Below, in pieces: positions 8,842 through 17,855 of a DNA stretch of 20,724 bases. The notes under the pieces are model-generated. The model saw only the letters and a program-made list of their open reading frames with translations, ran no database searches and was not told the origin of the DNA. The position numbers and the translations under genes are program-made. Source of the DNA: an uncultured Deinococcales bacterium (lineage in GTDB: Bacteria; Deinococcota; Deinococci; Deinococcales; JAAFIG01); NCBI GenBank assembly GCA_964247135.1, contig CAXTTL010000065.1, positions 1 to 20,724 of the forward strand, read 5' to 3'. The first letter of the stretch is position 1; every line of letters begins with the position of its first letter.

Positions 8842-8866
8842 TCTAAGGCTCGAGCGTGATACTTGT

Positions 8867-8941
<75 letters not shown>

Positions 8942-8945
8942 AGAG

Positions 8946-8974
8946 AAAACCATCGTTTTAACTCGAGGGTTTTT
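8946..8974 (+). terminator. Probable terminator after tRNA-Thr
   Basis: AAAACCATCG...CGAGGGTTTT(T) inverted repeat with one mismatch, immediately after the tRNA. Confidence 0.5.
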
Positions 8975-9050
8975 GCATTTCAGCATCCCTCGAGCTTCAA
9001 GAAACCTTAACGCACCTCCCGTAAGCTATCCAGACACGGAGGTGCGCAAC

Positions 9051-10808
9051 ATGTTCAAAAATACTTTCAAAACCCTGGCTCGAGTTTCAACCCTGCTGCT
9101 CGGCTTTTCAACACTGGTTTTTGCGCAAACGGCGGGCAGCTCGAGCTTGAACGACCCCATTTTTGCTTTTATGGGCAACGGCGGTTATGACGCGCAGGAT
9201 TACGATATTGCCTTAAAAATCAGTAGCGACCATCAGACCGAACAGGGCGCAACCACCATGACGGCGGTTGCCACCCAAGACCTTTCGAGTTTTAACCTCG
9301 ATTTTGGTTCAATGAGCGTGACCAGCGTGATCGTGAACGGCGACATGGCGCGTTTTGTGCAAGCCGACCCAGAGTTGACCGTCACGCCCGCCAAAGCCGT
9401 TTTGAAAGGTGAGACTTTTAAAGTCAGTCTGACCTATGCGGGAAAGCCAGGTTCGGTGGCGGTCAACACCAGTCAATTTGGCGGCGCAAATTTCTGGATG
9501 GCGTCTTCAAATCAATTGACGGTGCTTTCCGAACCGAGCGCGATGTTCGCCTGGAGTCCAGTCAACGACCACCCAAGCGACAAAGCCACTTTTAGCTTGC
9601 ACTTGAACGCAGCCAGCAAAGAGCAAGCCATTGCCAACGGCGTGCTTGTCTCGAGGGTCGAAAATACGGATGGCACGGCGACCAGCAATTACCGCATTGA
9701 CACGCCAACGGCAACGTACTTTGTGGTGATGGCGGTGGGTGATTTCAAACTCGAGGATCAGGGCAAGGTTGGGAATGTGCGCGTTCGTCATTACTTATCG
9801 CCCAGAACCTCCAATGTTTTGCGTCAGGCGGTGCTCGAGACGCACAAGATCATTTCGTTTTTTGCAGATAAACTCGGGGCATACCCATTTCAAGAGGTGG
9901 GTGTGCTCACAGTTGATCGGGATTTTGGTTTTGCGCTCGAGACTCAATCCTTGGTGACGTTTCCGTCGTCTTTTGGACCCAACATTGACCTGAATGTTGA
10001 AATCGTGGCGCACGAATTGGCGCACCAATGGTTTGGGGCGTATGTGACCTTTAAAACGCACAAAGACATTTGGCTGCACGAGGGTTTTGCCGAGTATTTG
10101 AGTTGGTTGTACAGCGATTTTCGGGCTGCCGACCAGGGACAGACGCTAAAGGCGCAAGTCAAAGACGTTTACCCCGATATTGCCGCAGGAAGCGCCGTGG
10201 CAGACATGAACAAAACCCAGTTTCTCGAGCGTTTGCGCGGATTTCGTTACGGTGAGGCGGTCATGGTTGGCAAGAACCTCGAGCGAGCCTTGTTTTTGAT
10301 GTTTGAGGGGACACTGCCCAAGAAATTTTTTGATGAGGTGTTGGCAGCATTCCCAAACGGCGCGACGATCAAGCAAATTGCCGATGTGGTTCAAACTTGG
10401 ACGTTTAGCAGGGTGCGTTTGGGAACGCCGTCTCGGGTCGAGTTGATTCCTTTGACGGGCAAACCAGCCATTCCGGCGACAGCCGTCTCTGGTATTTTTA
10501 CGCCGCCGGGTAAGCTCAAAATTGGCGACGACATTTTTAACGAGGGCGTGTATCTGCGCGGGGCGATGACACTTCACGCGCTTCGTTTAAAAATTGGTGA
10601 CGAAAGGTTTTTTGGTTTATTGCGTGCGTATCTCGAGAAATACAAATTCGGCAATGCCAGCGTTGAGGATTTTGTGAACCTGACCCTCGAGCTTGAAGGG
10701 CAAGACGCCAAAGAGTTGCTCGAGCATTGGTTGTTCGACGCGCAAACCCCTGACTTTCCCGAACTTGGTTTGTTCGCCAAGGATTTTAAACTGGGTATCA
10801 TTTTTTAA
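9051..10808 (+). CDS. Exported M1 family zinc aminopeptidase
   Basis: Start MFKNTF at 9051 with GGAGG RBS and a signal peptide. HELAHQWFG...WLHEGFA (HEXXH-x18-E), GFALETQ in the GAMEN position, VYLRGA catalytic Tyr. Confidence 0.92.
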   Translation: MFKNTFKTLARVSTLLLGFSTLVFAQTAGSSSLNDPIFAFMGNGGYDAQDYDIALKISSDHQTEQGATTMTAVATQDLSSFNLDFGSMSVTSVIVNGDMARFVQADPELTVTPAKAVLKGETFKVSLTYAGKPGSVAVNTSQFGGANFWMASSNQLTVLSEPSAMFAWSPVNDHPSDKATFSLHLNAASKEQAIANGVLVSRVENTDGTATSNYRIDTPTATYFVVMAVGDFKLEDQGKVGNVRVRHYLSPRTSNVLRQAVLETHKIISFFADKLGAYPFQEVGVLTVDRDFGFALETQSLVTFPSSFGPNIDLNVEIVAHELAHQWFGAYVTFKTHKDIWLHEGFAEYLSWLYSDFRAADQGQTLKAQVKDVYPDIAAGSAVADMNKTQFLERLRGFRYGEAVMVGKNLERALFLMFEGTLPKKFFDEVLAAFPNGATIKQIADVVQTWTFSRVRLGTPSRVELIPLTGKPAIPATAVSGIFTPPGKLKIGDDIFNEGVYLRGAMTLHALRLKIGDERFFGLLRAYLEKYKFGNASVEDFVNLTLELEGQDAKELLEHWLFDAQTPDFPELGLFAKDFKLGIIF

Positions 10809-11053
10809 CTGAACGCTGGCTTAAGAGGCTCAAAACTTGGATTTCCTGTCCGTCTTGAGCCAGTTTAATTTAAACTCGAGTACAAAAAAGCCTGGGTTTG
10901 ACCGACCTTCAAAGCCAGATTGTGCTCGAGCTTCTTACTTTTCATGTCTCATGTGCTACCCTACCCGCGTGCATGATCTCGAGCGAGGGTCGTTTGAGAA
11001 TATTTTGAACCGATGCCAAAATTTGGTGTTCGGTATCCTCGAGGGGGAAGTCC

Positions 11054-13987
11054 TTGTCAAAAACCTTAATTATTGTGGAATCGCCTGCTAAGGCGAAAAC
11101 CATCTCGAAATTTCTGGGTGCGGGCTATGTGGTCGAGTCAAGTTTTGGGCACATTCGTGATCTGCCGCGCAATGCCGACGAAGTTCCAGCCAAGTACAAG
11201 GGCGAGCCTTGGGCGCGGCTGGGGATCGATGTCAACAACGATTTCGCACCCTTATATGTGGTCAATGCCGACAAACGCCAGCAGGTCGCCAAGCTTAAAG
11301 CGCTTTTGAAAGACTCGAGCGAAGTGATTCTGGCGACAGACGAGGACCGCGAGGGTGAGGCGATTGCCTGGCATTTATTAGACGAACTCAAACCCAAAGT
11401 GCCGATCAAGCGCATGGTCTTTCATGAAATCACCAAAGAGGCGATTCTGAACGCCCTCAAAAACCCTCGAAAGGTCGATGACAATTTGGTGCAAGCCCAG
11501 GAGACACGTCGGGCGCTGGATCGTTTGTACGGTTTTGAGGTTTCGCCAGTTCTCTGGAAAAAAGTCAAACCGCAACTCTCGGCAGGACGTGTGCAGAGTG
11601 TGGCGACACGTTTGCTGGTCGAACGCGAACGCGAACGCATGGGCTTCACGCCCGCCAGTTGGTGGGACATTGACGCCAAGTTTGAAACCTTAAAACACGA
11701 AGAATTTCCCGCCAGCCTGATCGAACTCGAGGGTAAGCGCCTGGCGTTGGGCAAAGATTTTAATCCCAAAGGCGAATTTGTCGGCGGCGATAAGATCGTG
11801 CGCCTCAACGAACCCGAGGCTCGAGCGCTGGCAGCCAGTTTGAAGGGCGCGAATTTTAAGGTTTTAAGTACAGAAGAAAAACCGTTCACGCAGCGCCCCT
11901 ATGCGCCGTTCATCACCAGCACCCTGCAACAAGAGGGTGGGCGCAAGCTGAACTTTACCGCCCAGCGCACCATGAGAACCGCACAGCGCTTGTACGAAGG
12001 CGGTTACATCACCTACATGCGAACCGACAGCACCAGCCTCTCCAAAGAGGCGCTGAACGCGGCTCGAGAGCAAGTGCGCGATCTTTACGGCGAAAGCTTC
12101 CTGCACCCAACGCCGCGCACCTACGAGAAAAAAGTCAAAAACGCCCAGGAAGCCCACGAAGCGATTCGACCCGCCGGCGAAAAATTCCGCACCCCACAAG
12201 AATTACGTGGCGAATTGGGTGAAGACGAATGGAAAGTCTACGACCTGATCTGGAAACGCACCGTCGCATCACAAATGGCGGACGCTCGAGGGCGCAGGCT
12301 TGCTGTACGAATCGGTGCAACCTCGAGCGATGGTCGCGCAGTGGTTTTTGCAGCGTCGGGTAAAACCATTGATTTTGCAGGCTTTTTGCGGGCTTACGTC
12401 GAAGGTTCAGACGATCCTGAAGCCGCACTCGAAGACCGTGAAATCAACCTGCCAGCACTGGCACAAAATGACCGAGTGACCGACAAAACGCTCGAGCCGA
12501 AGGGTCACACCACCCAAGCCCCAGCCAGGTTCACCGAAGCATCCTTGGTGCAAGCACTTGAGGAGAAGGGCATTGGACGCCCGAGCACCTATGCCAGCAT
12601 CATTCAGACCATTCAAGACCGTGGTTATGTCTTCAAACGCGGCACGGCGTTGATTCCAACCTTTATCGCCTTTTCGGTCGTGACACTGCTCGAGAAGCAC
12701 TTCACCAAACTCGTCGATTACAGTTTCACCGCCAAACTCGAGGATGACCTTGACGGCATCGCCAACGGTGAGCAAAAGCGCACGCCTTACCTGAATAAAT
12801 TCTATTTTGCACCCGAATTCGGTTTAAAACCCATGATTGCCGAAAACCTCGAGAGCATCGACCCTCGAGCCATCGCCACCATTTTTGTGCCGCGACTCGA
12901 GGGCAGCGGCATCGAAGTTCGGGTTGGACGCTACGGCAGTTTTATGCAGCGCGGCGATCAAAAAGGCAATATCCCAGAGGATTTCCCACCAGACGATTTG
13001 ACGCTTCAAAAAGCTGAAGAGTTATTGACGCAAAAATCCAACGAACGCGAATTGGGCATTGATCCACACTCTGGCATGACCGTCAGCGCCAAATCAGGAC
13101 GCTTTGGACCATATGTGAGCCTCGGCAACCCTGGCGAGGTCGGCGTGAAAAATGCCAGCCTCTTCCCGACCGATAAAATTGAAGAGATTACCCTCGAGCA
13201 CGCCCTGAAACTCTTGTCACTGCCGCGTTACGTTGGTGTTTCGCAAGGCGAGGAAGTCTGGGCGTTCAACGGCAAATTTGGTCCGTACATCAAACGCGGC
13301 GGGCAAGAAGACAAGGGTGACTCGAGAACCATCAGCAGCCACGAAGAATTGTTCAGCATCACGTCAGAACAAGCCGAAGCGGTTTTTGCCCAACCCAAAA
13401 CCAGAGGTCGTGCCGCGCCCAAACCGCCCGCCAAAGTCTTCGAGTTTGAAGACCGCAAACCCATCGAACTGCGCGACGGACGTTTTGGACCGTATTTGTC
13501 CGACGGTGAAATGAACGCCTGGTTACGCGCCGGTGACCGCCCAGACGACCTTGACGCCGACCGCGCTCGAGATATTTTTAACGAACGCGCCAAGCTGCCC
13601 AAAGGCAAACCCGTCAAAAAAGCCCCAACCACCAAAACCGCCACCAGCAAAACCAGTACCACAAAAACCGCCACTCGAGCCGCCAAAACCACCACCAAAA
13701 AAGCCCCAACCCGAGCCGCCAAAAAAGTCAGCAAACCCAAAGTGACCAAAGCCTCAGTTGCCAAAACCCCAAGCGAAAAACCCGCCTGGACTGAACTCGA
13801 GCCTTTCGCGCAAACCTTTGACCCGACCACCGCGCAACTTTTAAAACTGGTCAACGGTCAAGGTGTGAAAATGGCAGAAGCCGCCACGCAATTGCGCATC
13901 ACCCCAGAAGACGCCATGAGCCGATTTAGGGCGTCGAACTTTAAGTTGTACAATTTGTACCGTAAATCTCGAGCTGCCAGCGTTTGA
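11054..13987 (+). CDS. topA: Type I DNA topoisomerase
   Basis: LIIVESPAKAKTI, ATDEDREGEAI, SAGRVQS, ITYMRTDS, AHEAIRP and GIGRPSTYA motifs. C-terminal GRF/YGPY repeats and a Lys/Thr-rich tail. TTG start with GAGGGG RBS. Confidence 0.98.
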   Translation: MSKTLIIVESPAKAKTISKFLGAGYVVESSFGHIRDLPRNADEVPAKYKGEPWARLGIDVNNDFAPLYVVNADKRQQVAKLKALLKDSSEVILATDEDREGEAIAWHLLDELKPKVPIKRMVFHEITKEAILNALKNPRKVDDNLVQAQETRRALDRLYGFEVSPVLWKKVKPQLSAGRVQSVATRLLVERERERMGFTPASWWDIDAKFETLKHEEFPASLIELEGKRLALGKDFNPKGEFVGGDKIVRLNEPEARALAASLKGANFKVLSTEEKPFTQRPYAPFITSTLQQEGGRKLNFTAQRTMRTAQRLYEGGYITYMRTDSTSLSKEALNAAREQVRDLYGESFLHPTPRTYEKKVKNAQEAHEAIRPAGEKFRTPQELRGELGEDEWKVYDLIWKRTVASQMADARGRRLAVRIGATSSDGRAVVFAASGKTIDFAGFLRAYVEGSDDPEAALEDREINLPALAQNDRVTDKTLEPKGHTTQAPARFTEASLVQALEEKGIGRPSTYASIIQTIQDRGYVFKRGTALIPTFIAFSVVTLLEKHFTKLVDYSFTAKLEDDLDGIANGEQKRTPYLNKFYFAPEFGLKPMIAENLESIDPRAIATIFVPRLEGSGIEVRVGRYGSFMQRGDQKGNIPEDFPPDDLTLQKAEELLTQKSNERELGIDPHSGMTVSAKSGRFGPYVSLGNPGEVGVKNASLFPTDKIEEITLEHALKLLSLPRYVGVSQGEEVWAFNGKFGPYIKRGGQEDKGDSRTISSHEELFSITSEQAEAVFAQPKTRGRAAPKPPAKVFEFEDRKPIELRDGRFGPYLSDGEMNAWLRAGDRPDDLDADRARDIFNERAKLPKGKPVKKAPTTKTATSKTSTTKTATRAAKTTTKKAPTRAAKKVSKPKVTKASVAKTPSEKPAWTELEPFAQTFDPTTAQLLKLVNGQGVKMAEAATQLRITPEDAMSRFRASNFKLYNLYRKSRAASV

Positions 13988-14011
13988 GGTGATTGAAACT
14001 CGAGATTGAGC

Positions 14012-14047
14012 AACCAGCAGCATTATTTAAATGCTGCTGGTTTTTTA
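14012..14047 (+). terminator. Intrinsic terminator of topA
   Basis: Perfect 13-bp stem AACCAGCAGCATT / AATGCTGCTGGTT with a 5-nt loop, followed by a T run. Confidence 0.85.
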
Positions 14048-14072
14048 CATCATCAAGGAACAAACCATAAAT

Positions 14073-14519
14073 TTACAATTGCATTTTTACTTCAATCCAC
14101 TTGGTAAAAGTCATATCATCTTCAAATTCAACTGCCTCAGCCAAATCGATATCCCACAAAAGCATAATTGGATCATCCAAAACATCATCACTCAAAACAA
14201 CGCAAAAGGAACAACCACTACCATCATTCTCAAAAGGGAGCAGGTAAATAGGCATCGAAGGAAAAGCTTCATTTCGTTCCCAAAGTGTTTGTTTTGTTAA
14301 ATTTAAATGTTCGGGAACATCATCACCAAGCCCAAAGGTCTCCATCGCATATTTTTTACCAGCCAAAAATCCGATTGTTGATAGATACTGGTTAACTACA
14401 AGAGGAAGTTCAATTTTGAGAGTTTTTTCGCAATCTAAAATCTGAACTTTGGAAGCGCCTTTTCCACAAGAATCTGAGAAATTAAATTTGAATGTCAACA
14501 AATTATTGATAAACGTCAT
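14073..14519 (-). CDS. SMI1/KNR4 (SUKH) family protein
   Basis: I..CEKTLKIELP...QYL, PFENDGSG..FC and TFTKWI pattern. AT-rich. Start at ATG 14519 or GTG 14525, with GAGGTG RBS. Confidence 0.8.
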   Translation of the reverse strand: MTFINNLLTFKFNFSDSCGKGASKVQILDCEKTLKIELPLVVNQYLSTIGFLAGKKYAMETFGLGDDVPEHLNLTKQTLWERNEAFPSMPIYLLPFENDGSGCSFCVVLSDDVLDDPIMLLWDIDLAEAVEFEDDMTFTKWIEVKMQL

Positions 14520-14712
14520 ACTCACCTCACCTCAAGTAGTAGATCACATTGATTTCAAGCTAAACAATAGAATATCAATCTCTTTAAAATCCGAGAATGA
14601 TGCAAGTTTTCACGATAAAATTATAACGCCAAATCAAAATTTCAAAGCCCAAAACCTCGAGCTTCAAGCCCTCGAGATTCCTCAACTGTTCTTTGTGCAG
14701 TACAAAGTCTAC

Positions 14713-15573
14713 CTACAACTTGAACAGCACTTTCAACCCCTCCTCGAGCGTCGCGGGTTTGCGCCCTAGCAGTTGCTCGAGGTCTGGACTGATCTCATCT
14801 TCTTGCCCGTTTTTGATGTCGGTCATAAAACCGACAACCCGCCCCACCACGATTTCGGGCACGCCGCGCTCGAGCATTTTGGTTGCGAATGCTGTGGCAT
14901 CGGCGGGTGTGTATTTCACTTCTCGACCCGACAGTAGGGTTAATGCTGCTGCAACATCGTCAAAGGAATACGACGCGCTTCCGGTCAGTTTGTAGATCGT
15001 TTGATCCCAACCACCCGCCAGGAGCGAATTGGCGATGGCTTCGCCCATATCGCTGCGCAAGGCAAACGCGACCCTGCCTTGACCTGCGGGCAGCGAAATG
15101 CCCGTCTCGAGCACTTTTTCGCCGACAAAGTTCGGGATCGTGTCCATGTACAAGACGTTGCGAAAGATGGCATAGGACAATCCGCTCGCTTTGATGGCAT
15201 CCTCGGTTTGAAAATGTCCCAACATGAGCTTGTTCGCCATGTTGTTGGTGTCTTTCAAGGTGCGGCTGGTGTACGCGATGCCCTGAACGCCCAGTTTTTT
15301 TGCGGCGTCCACGACATTCTGGTGTTGTTGAACGCGGCTGTCCTCGTTCGTGCCAGCGATCAGCAAAACCCGTTCTACGCCTTTCATGGCATTCTCGAGC
15401 AAGGCTGGATCATCGTAGTGACCCACGCGGATGTTGACGCCCAGTTCTTTGAGGTCGGCGGCTTTTGTTTGGTCGCGTACCAAGGCGGCAATGTTGTCGG
15501 CTGAGGTTTTTCTTAACAGTTGATGGATGACAGCTTTACCCAATTTTCCGGTTGCGCCTGTGACTAAAATCAT
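14713..15573 (-). CDS. SDR family NAD(P)H oxidoreductase, NmrA-like / quinone oxidoreductase 2 (QorB/YtfG-like)
   Basis: MILVTGATGKLG Rossmann motif, QHQNVVDAAK, H..TE..IKASGL and LEQLLGRKP. AGGAG RBS. Confidence 0.92.
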   Translation of the reverse strand: MILVTGATGKLGKAVIHQLLRKTSADNIAALVRDQTKAADLKELGVNIRVGHYDDPALLENAMKGVERVLLIAGTNEDSRVQQHQNVVDAAKKLGVQGIAYTSRTLKDTNNMANKLMLGHFQTEDAIKASGLSYAIFRNVLYMDTIPNFVGEKVLETGISLPAGQGRVAFALRSDMGEAIANSLLAGGWDQTIYKLTGSASYSFDDVAAALTLLSGREVKYTPADATAFATKMLERGVPEIVVGRVVGFMTDIKNGQEDEISPDLEQLLGRKPATLEEGLKVLFKL

Positions 15574-15653
15574 GTTGCTCCTTATTGTTATTTTGTAATG
15601 AATTTTTTATGTCGCTTCAGATTCTTTTCGTGTGTGCAACCCAAACAGTTTGT

Positions 15654-15723
15654 TTACAGTGATAACAATAGACATATATCGCTGATATGTCAAGCTGGTA
15701 ACATTTTGATGCTATCATTGATA
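15654..15723. promoter_or_regulatory. Candidate TetR operator array in the divergent promoter
   Basis: TATCANTGATA-like palindromes: TTACAGTGATA 15654-15664, TATCGCTGATA 15677-15687 and TATCATTGATA 15713-15723. Confidence 0.6.
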
Positions 15724-15724
15724 T

Positions 15725-16423
15725 ATGACGTTACCCGCTCAAGTCTCGCCTCGAGACCGAATCATCCAAGCTGCCCTTGCATTGCTCGAGACTGGAGGAG
15801 TTGAGGCGGTTTCCACACGCTCGGTGAGCGCCGCCGCCGATGTGCAGCCGCCAACAATTTATCGCCATTTCGGAGACATGCAAGGCTTACTTAACGAAAT
15901 TGCCAGCGCTGGATTCAGCGCCTACCTCGAGTCCAAGATAAAGCGGGCAAGGTTGAATGATCCTGTCGAGGAACTGCGCGAAGGTTGGAATTTACATCTG
16001 GAATTCGGTCTGACCCATCCGCACTTGTACAAGCTGATGTACGGGGTGCTGACCGACAATTCCCGATCCCGAGCTGCCCTTGAAGGGTTTGGGATGCTGC
16101 AAATCTTACTTCAGCGAGTGGCTGAAGCTGGACGGCTTGCGGTCAGCATTGAGCGAGCCGCCGTCATGATTCACGGTGCGGCTTTGGGAATCACGCTCAG
16201 CCTACTGAATTCCCAGGTCAAAGACAGCAAAGTCTCAGACCTGATGCTCGAGGCTGTCTTGAACACGATCCTCACCTCAAAATCCAAACCCTTAAAAGCC
16301 AGCATCGAATCGCAAGCAACCACCCACGCCGTCTCGCTGGTGGCACTGTTACCCGACCTCGAGCCTCATTTCAGCGAGGCAGAACGGGGACTTTTGGTGG
16401 AATGGCTGCACCGCCTGATGTGA
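15725..16423 (+). CDS. TetR/AcrR family transcriptional regulator
   Basis: N-terminal HTH RDRIIQAALALLETGG.EAVSTRSVSAAADVQPPTIYRHFGD, divergent from the SDR gene. Confidence 0.93.
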   Translation: MTLPAQVSPRDRIIQAALALLETGGVEAVSTRSVSAAADVQPPTIYRHFGDMQGLLNEIASAGFSAYLESKIKRARLNDPVEELREGWNLHLEFGLTHPHLYKLMYGVLTDNSRSRAALEGFGMLQILLQRVAEAGRLAVSIERAAVMIHGAALGITLSLLNSQVKDSKVSDLMLEAVLNTILTSKSKPLKASIESQATTHAVSLVALLPDLEPHFSEAERGLLVEWLHRLM

Positions 16424-16497
16424 CTCTAACTCGAGCATCCACCGAACTGTTCTCTTCAACACCACAAAACCCGCCACAGCCTGTACAATGCCTGCTT

Positions 16498-17607
16498 GTG
16501 AGCAAGGGACGTGTACTGGCAGCCATGAGCGGAGGGGTGGACTCGAGTGTGAGTGCCGCGCTCTTGCGTGATGATGGTTATGAAGTGATTGGCGCAATGA
16601 TGCGGTTTTGGCCCGATGCCAAACGCGTGGACACGTTTGATTCGTGCTGCTCGCCTGACGCAGCGTATGAAGCGCGGCGCGTGGCGGATTCGCTCGGGAT
16701 TCCGTTTTATTTGCTCGATTACCGTGATGTGTTTGAGAAGAACATCATCGAACCGTTTGTCAACGAATACAGAGAAGGTCGCACGCCAAACCCGTGCGTG
16801 CTCTGCAATTCCAAAGTCAAGTTCGATCATTTGGTGAAAAAAGCCAAAATGCTGGGTTGCGATTTTGTCGCCACAGGGCATTACGTGCGCCGTGACGACA
16901 CGCCCTTTGGTCCAGAATTTCATCGTGGCAACGACCCGAAAAAAGACCAAACCTATTTCTTGTGGGGCACACCACGCGAATCGCTCGAGAAAGTGCTGTT
17001 TCCTGTTGGACACCTCGAGAAACCCGCCGTGCGCGAATTGGCTCGAGGGTACGGTTTGATCACGGCTGAAAAACCCGAAAGTCAGGACATTTGCTTTGTG
17101 CCTGGTACGATTGCCGAGTTCTTGTCCGAACGCATCAAGCCTCAAACGGGCGCGGTCGTGGACACCCAAGGCAACATTGTCGGCGAGCATGAGGGCACGC
17201 AGTTTTACACGATAGGACAGAAGAAAGGCATGAAGCTGTTTCACTCGCACCTCGAGCGTTATGTGATTGCGCTTGATCCCGAAAGAAATCAGGTGATCGT
17301 TGGCACAAAAGCCGAATGCAACACGCAGACACTCGAGGTTCGGGGCGTGAATTATTTGGTGGATGTGGCAAACTTGCCAACCAAGGTCATGGCGCAAGTG
17401 CGTTACCGTCAAGTTCCAAGCAGCGCGACATTGGTTCAAGCCAGCGAAACCGGTTTTCAACTCGAGTTTGACGAACCACAATTTGCCATTACCGCAGGGC
17501 AAAGCGCCGTGATTTATGACGGCTCGAGGTTGTTGGGTGGAGGGTTTATTCGGGAACGGGCGTTAAACATTCCCAACCTGCAAACTCGAGAAACCGTCTC
17601 TGTTTGA
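16498..17607 (+). CDS. mnmA: tRNA 2-thiouridine(34) synthase MnmA
   Basis: AMSGGVDSSV PP-loop, TPNPCVLCN, ATGHY, KDQTYFL, ESQDICF and YTIGQKKG motifs. GTG start at 16498, 8 nt after TACAAT. Confidence 0.97.
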   Translation: MSKGRVLAAMSGGVDSSVSAALLRDDGYEVIGAMMRFWPDAKRVDTFDSCCSPDAAYEARRVADSLGIPFYLLDYRDVFEKNIIEPFVNEYREGRTPNPCVLCNSKVKFDHLVKKAKMLGCDFVATGHYVRRDDTPFGPEFHRGNDPKKDQTYFLWGTPRESLEKVLFPVGHLEKPAVRELARGYGLITAEKPESQDICFVPGTIAEFLSERIKPQTGAVVDTQGNIVGEHEGTQFYTIGQKKGMKLFHSHLERYVIALDPERNQVIVGTKAECNTQTLEVRGVNYLVDVANLPTKVMAQVRYRQVPSSATLVQASETGFQLEFDEPQFAITAGQSAVIYDGSRLLGGGFIRERALNIPNLQTRETVSV

Positions 17608-17630
17608 AACTCAAGTGATAGGATTTTGAC

Positions 17631-17831
17631 ATGAGTAAAATTGCCCAACTTGAACAAGAAATAGAATCCTTGACACCCGAGGAGTTGCTCGAGTTTCGAG
17701 GGTGGTTTAAGGAATTTGAAGCCAAGCTTTGGGATGAAGAGTTTGAACGAGATGTTCAAGCGGGTCGGCTAGATGCGCTTGCTGAACAGGCAATTCAAGA
17801 TTTTCAAGCTGGACGATTTAAGAAGTTGTAA
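17631..17831 (+). CDS. Small acidic protein, putative antitoxin
   Basis: 66 aa with the pattern 'IE.L..EEL..FR.WF.....WD....D...G.LD.LA..A..D...G', which I recognise as typically lying directly upstream of ParE-like toxins. Confidence 0.75.
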   Translation: MSKIAQLEQEIESLTPEELLEFRGWFKEFEAKLWDEEFERDVQAGRLDALAEQAIQDFQAGRFKKL

Positions 17832-17855
17832 TTGTCAGATTTCTAAAAGTGTATT

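Noticed and set aside
10837-11091. 84-aa ORF upstream of topA
   Set aside because: No RBS or recognisable motif, overlaps the topA start and covers hairpin-rich intergenic DNA.
13228-13854. 208-aa hydrophobic minus-strand ORF
   Set aside because: Mirror of the AAA/ACC/GCC-rich low-complexity topA tail.
14031-14769. Plus-strand ORFs 14031-14300 and 14449-14769
   Set aside because: Antisense to the SMI1/KNR4 and SDR genes, and without recognisable features.
16456-17502. 348-aa minus-strand ORF
   Set aside because: Antisense shadow of mnmA with no recognisable domain.
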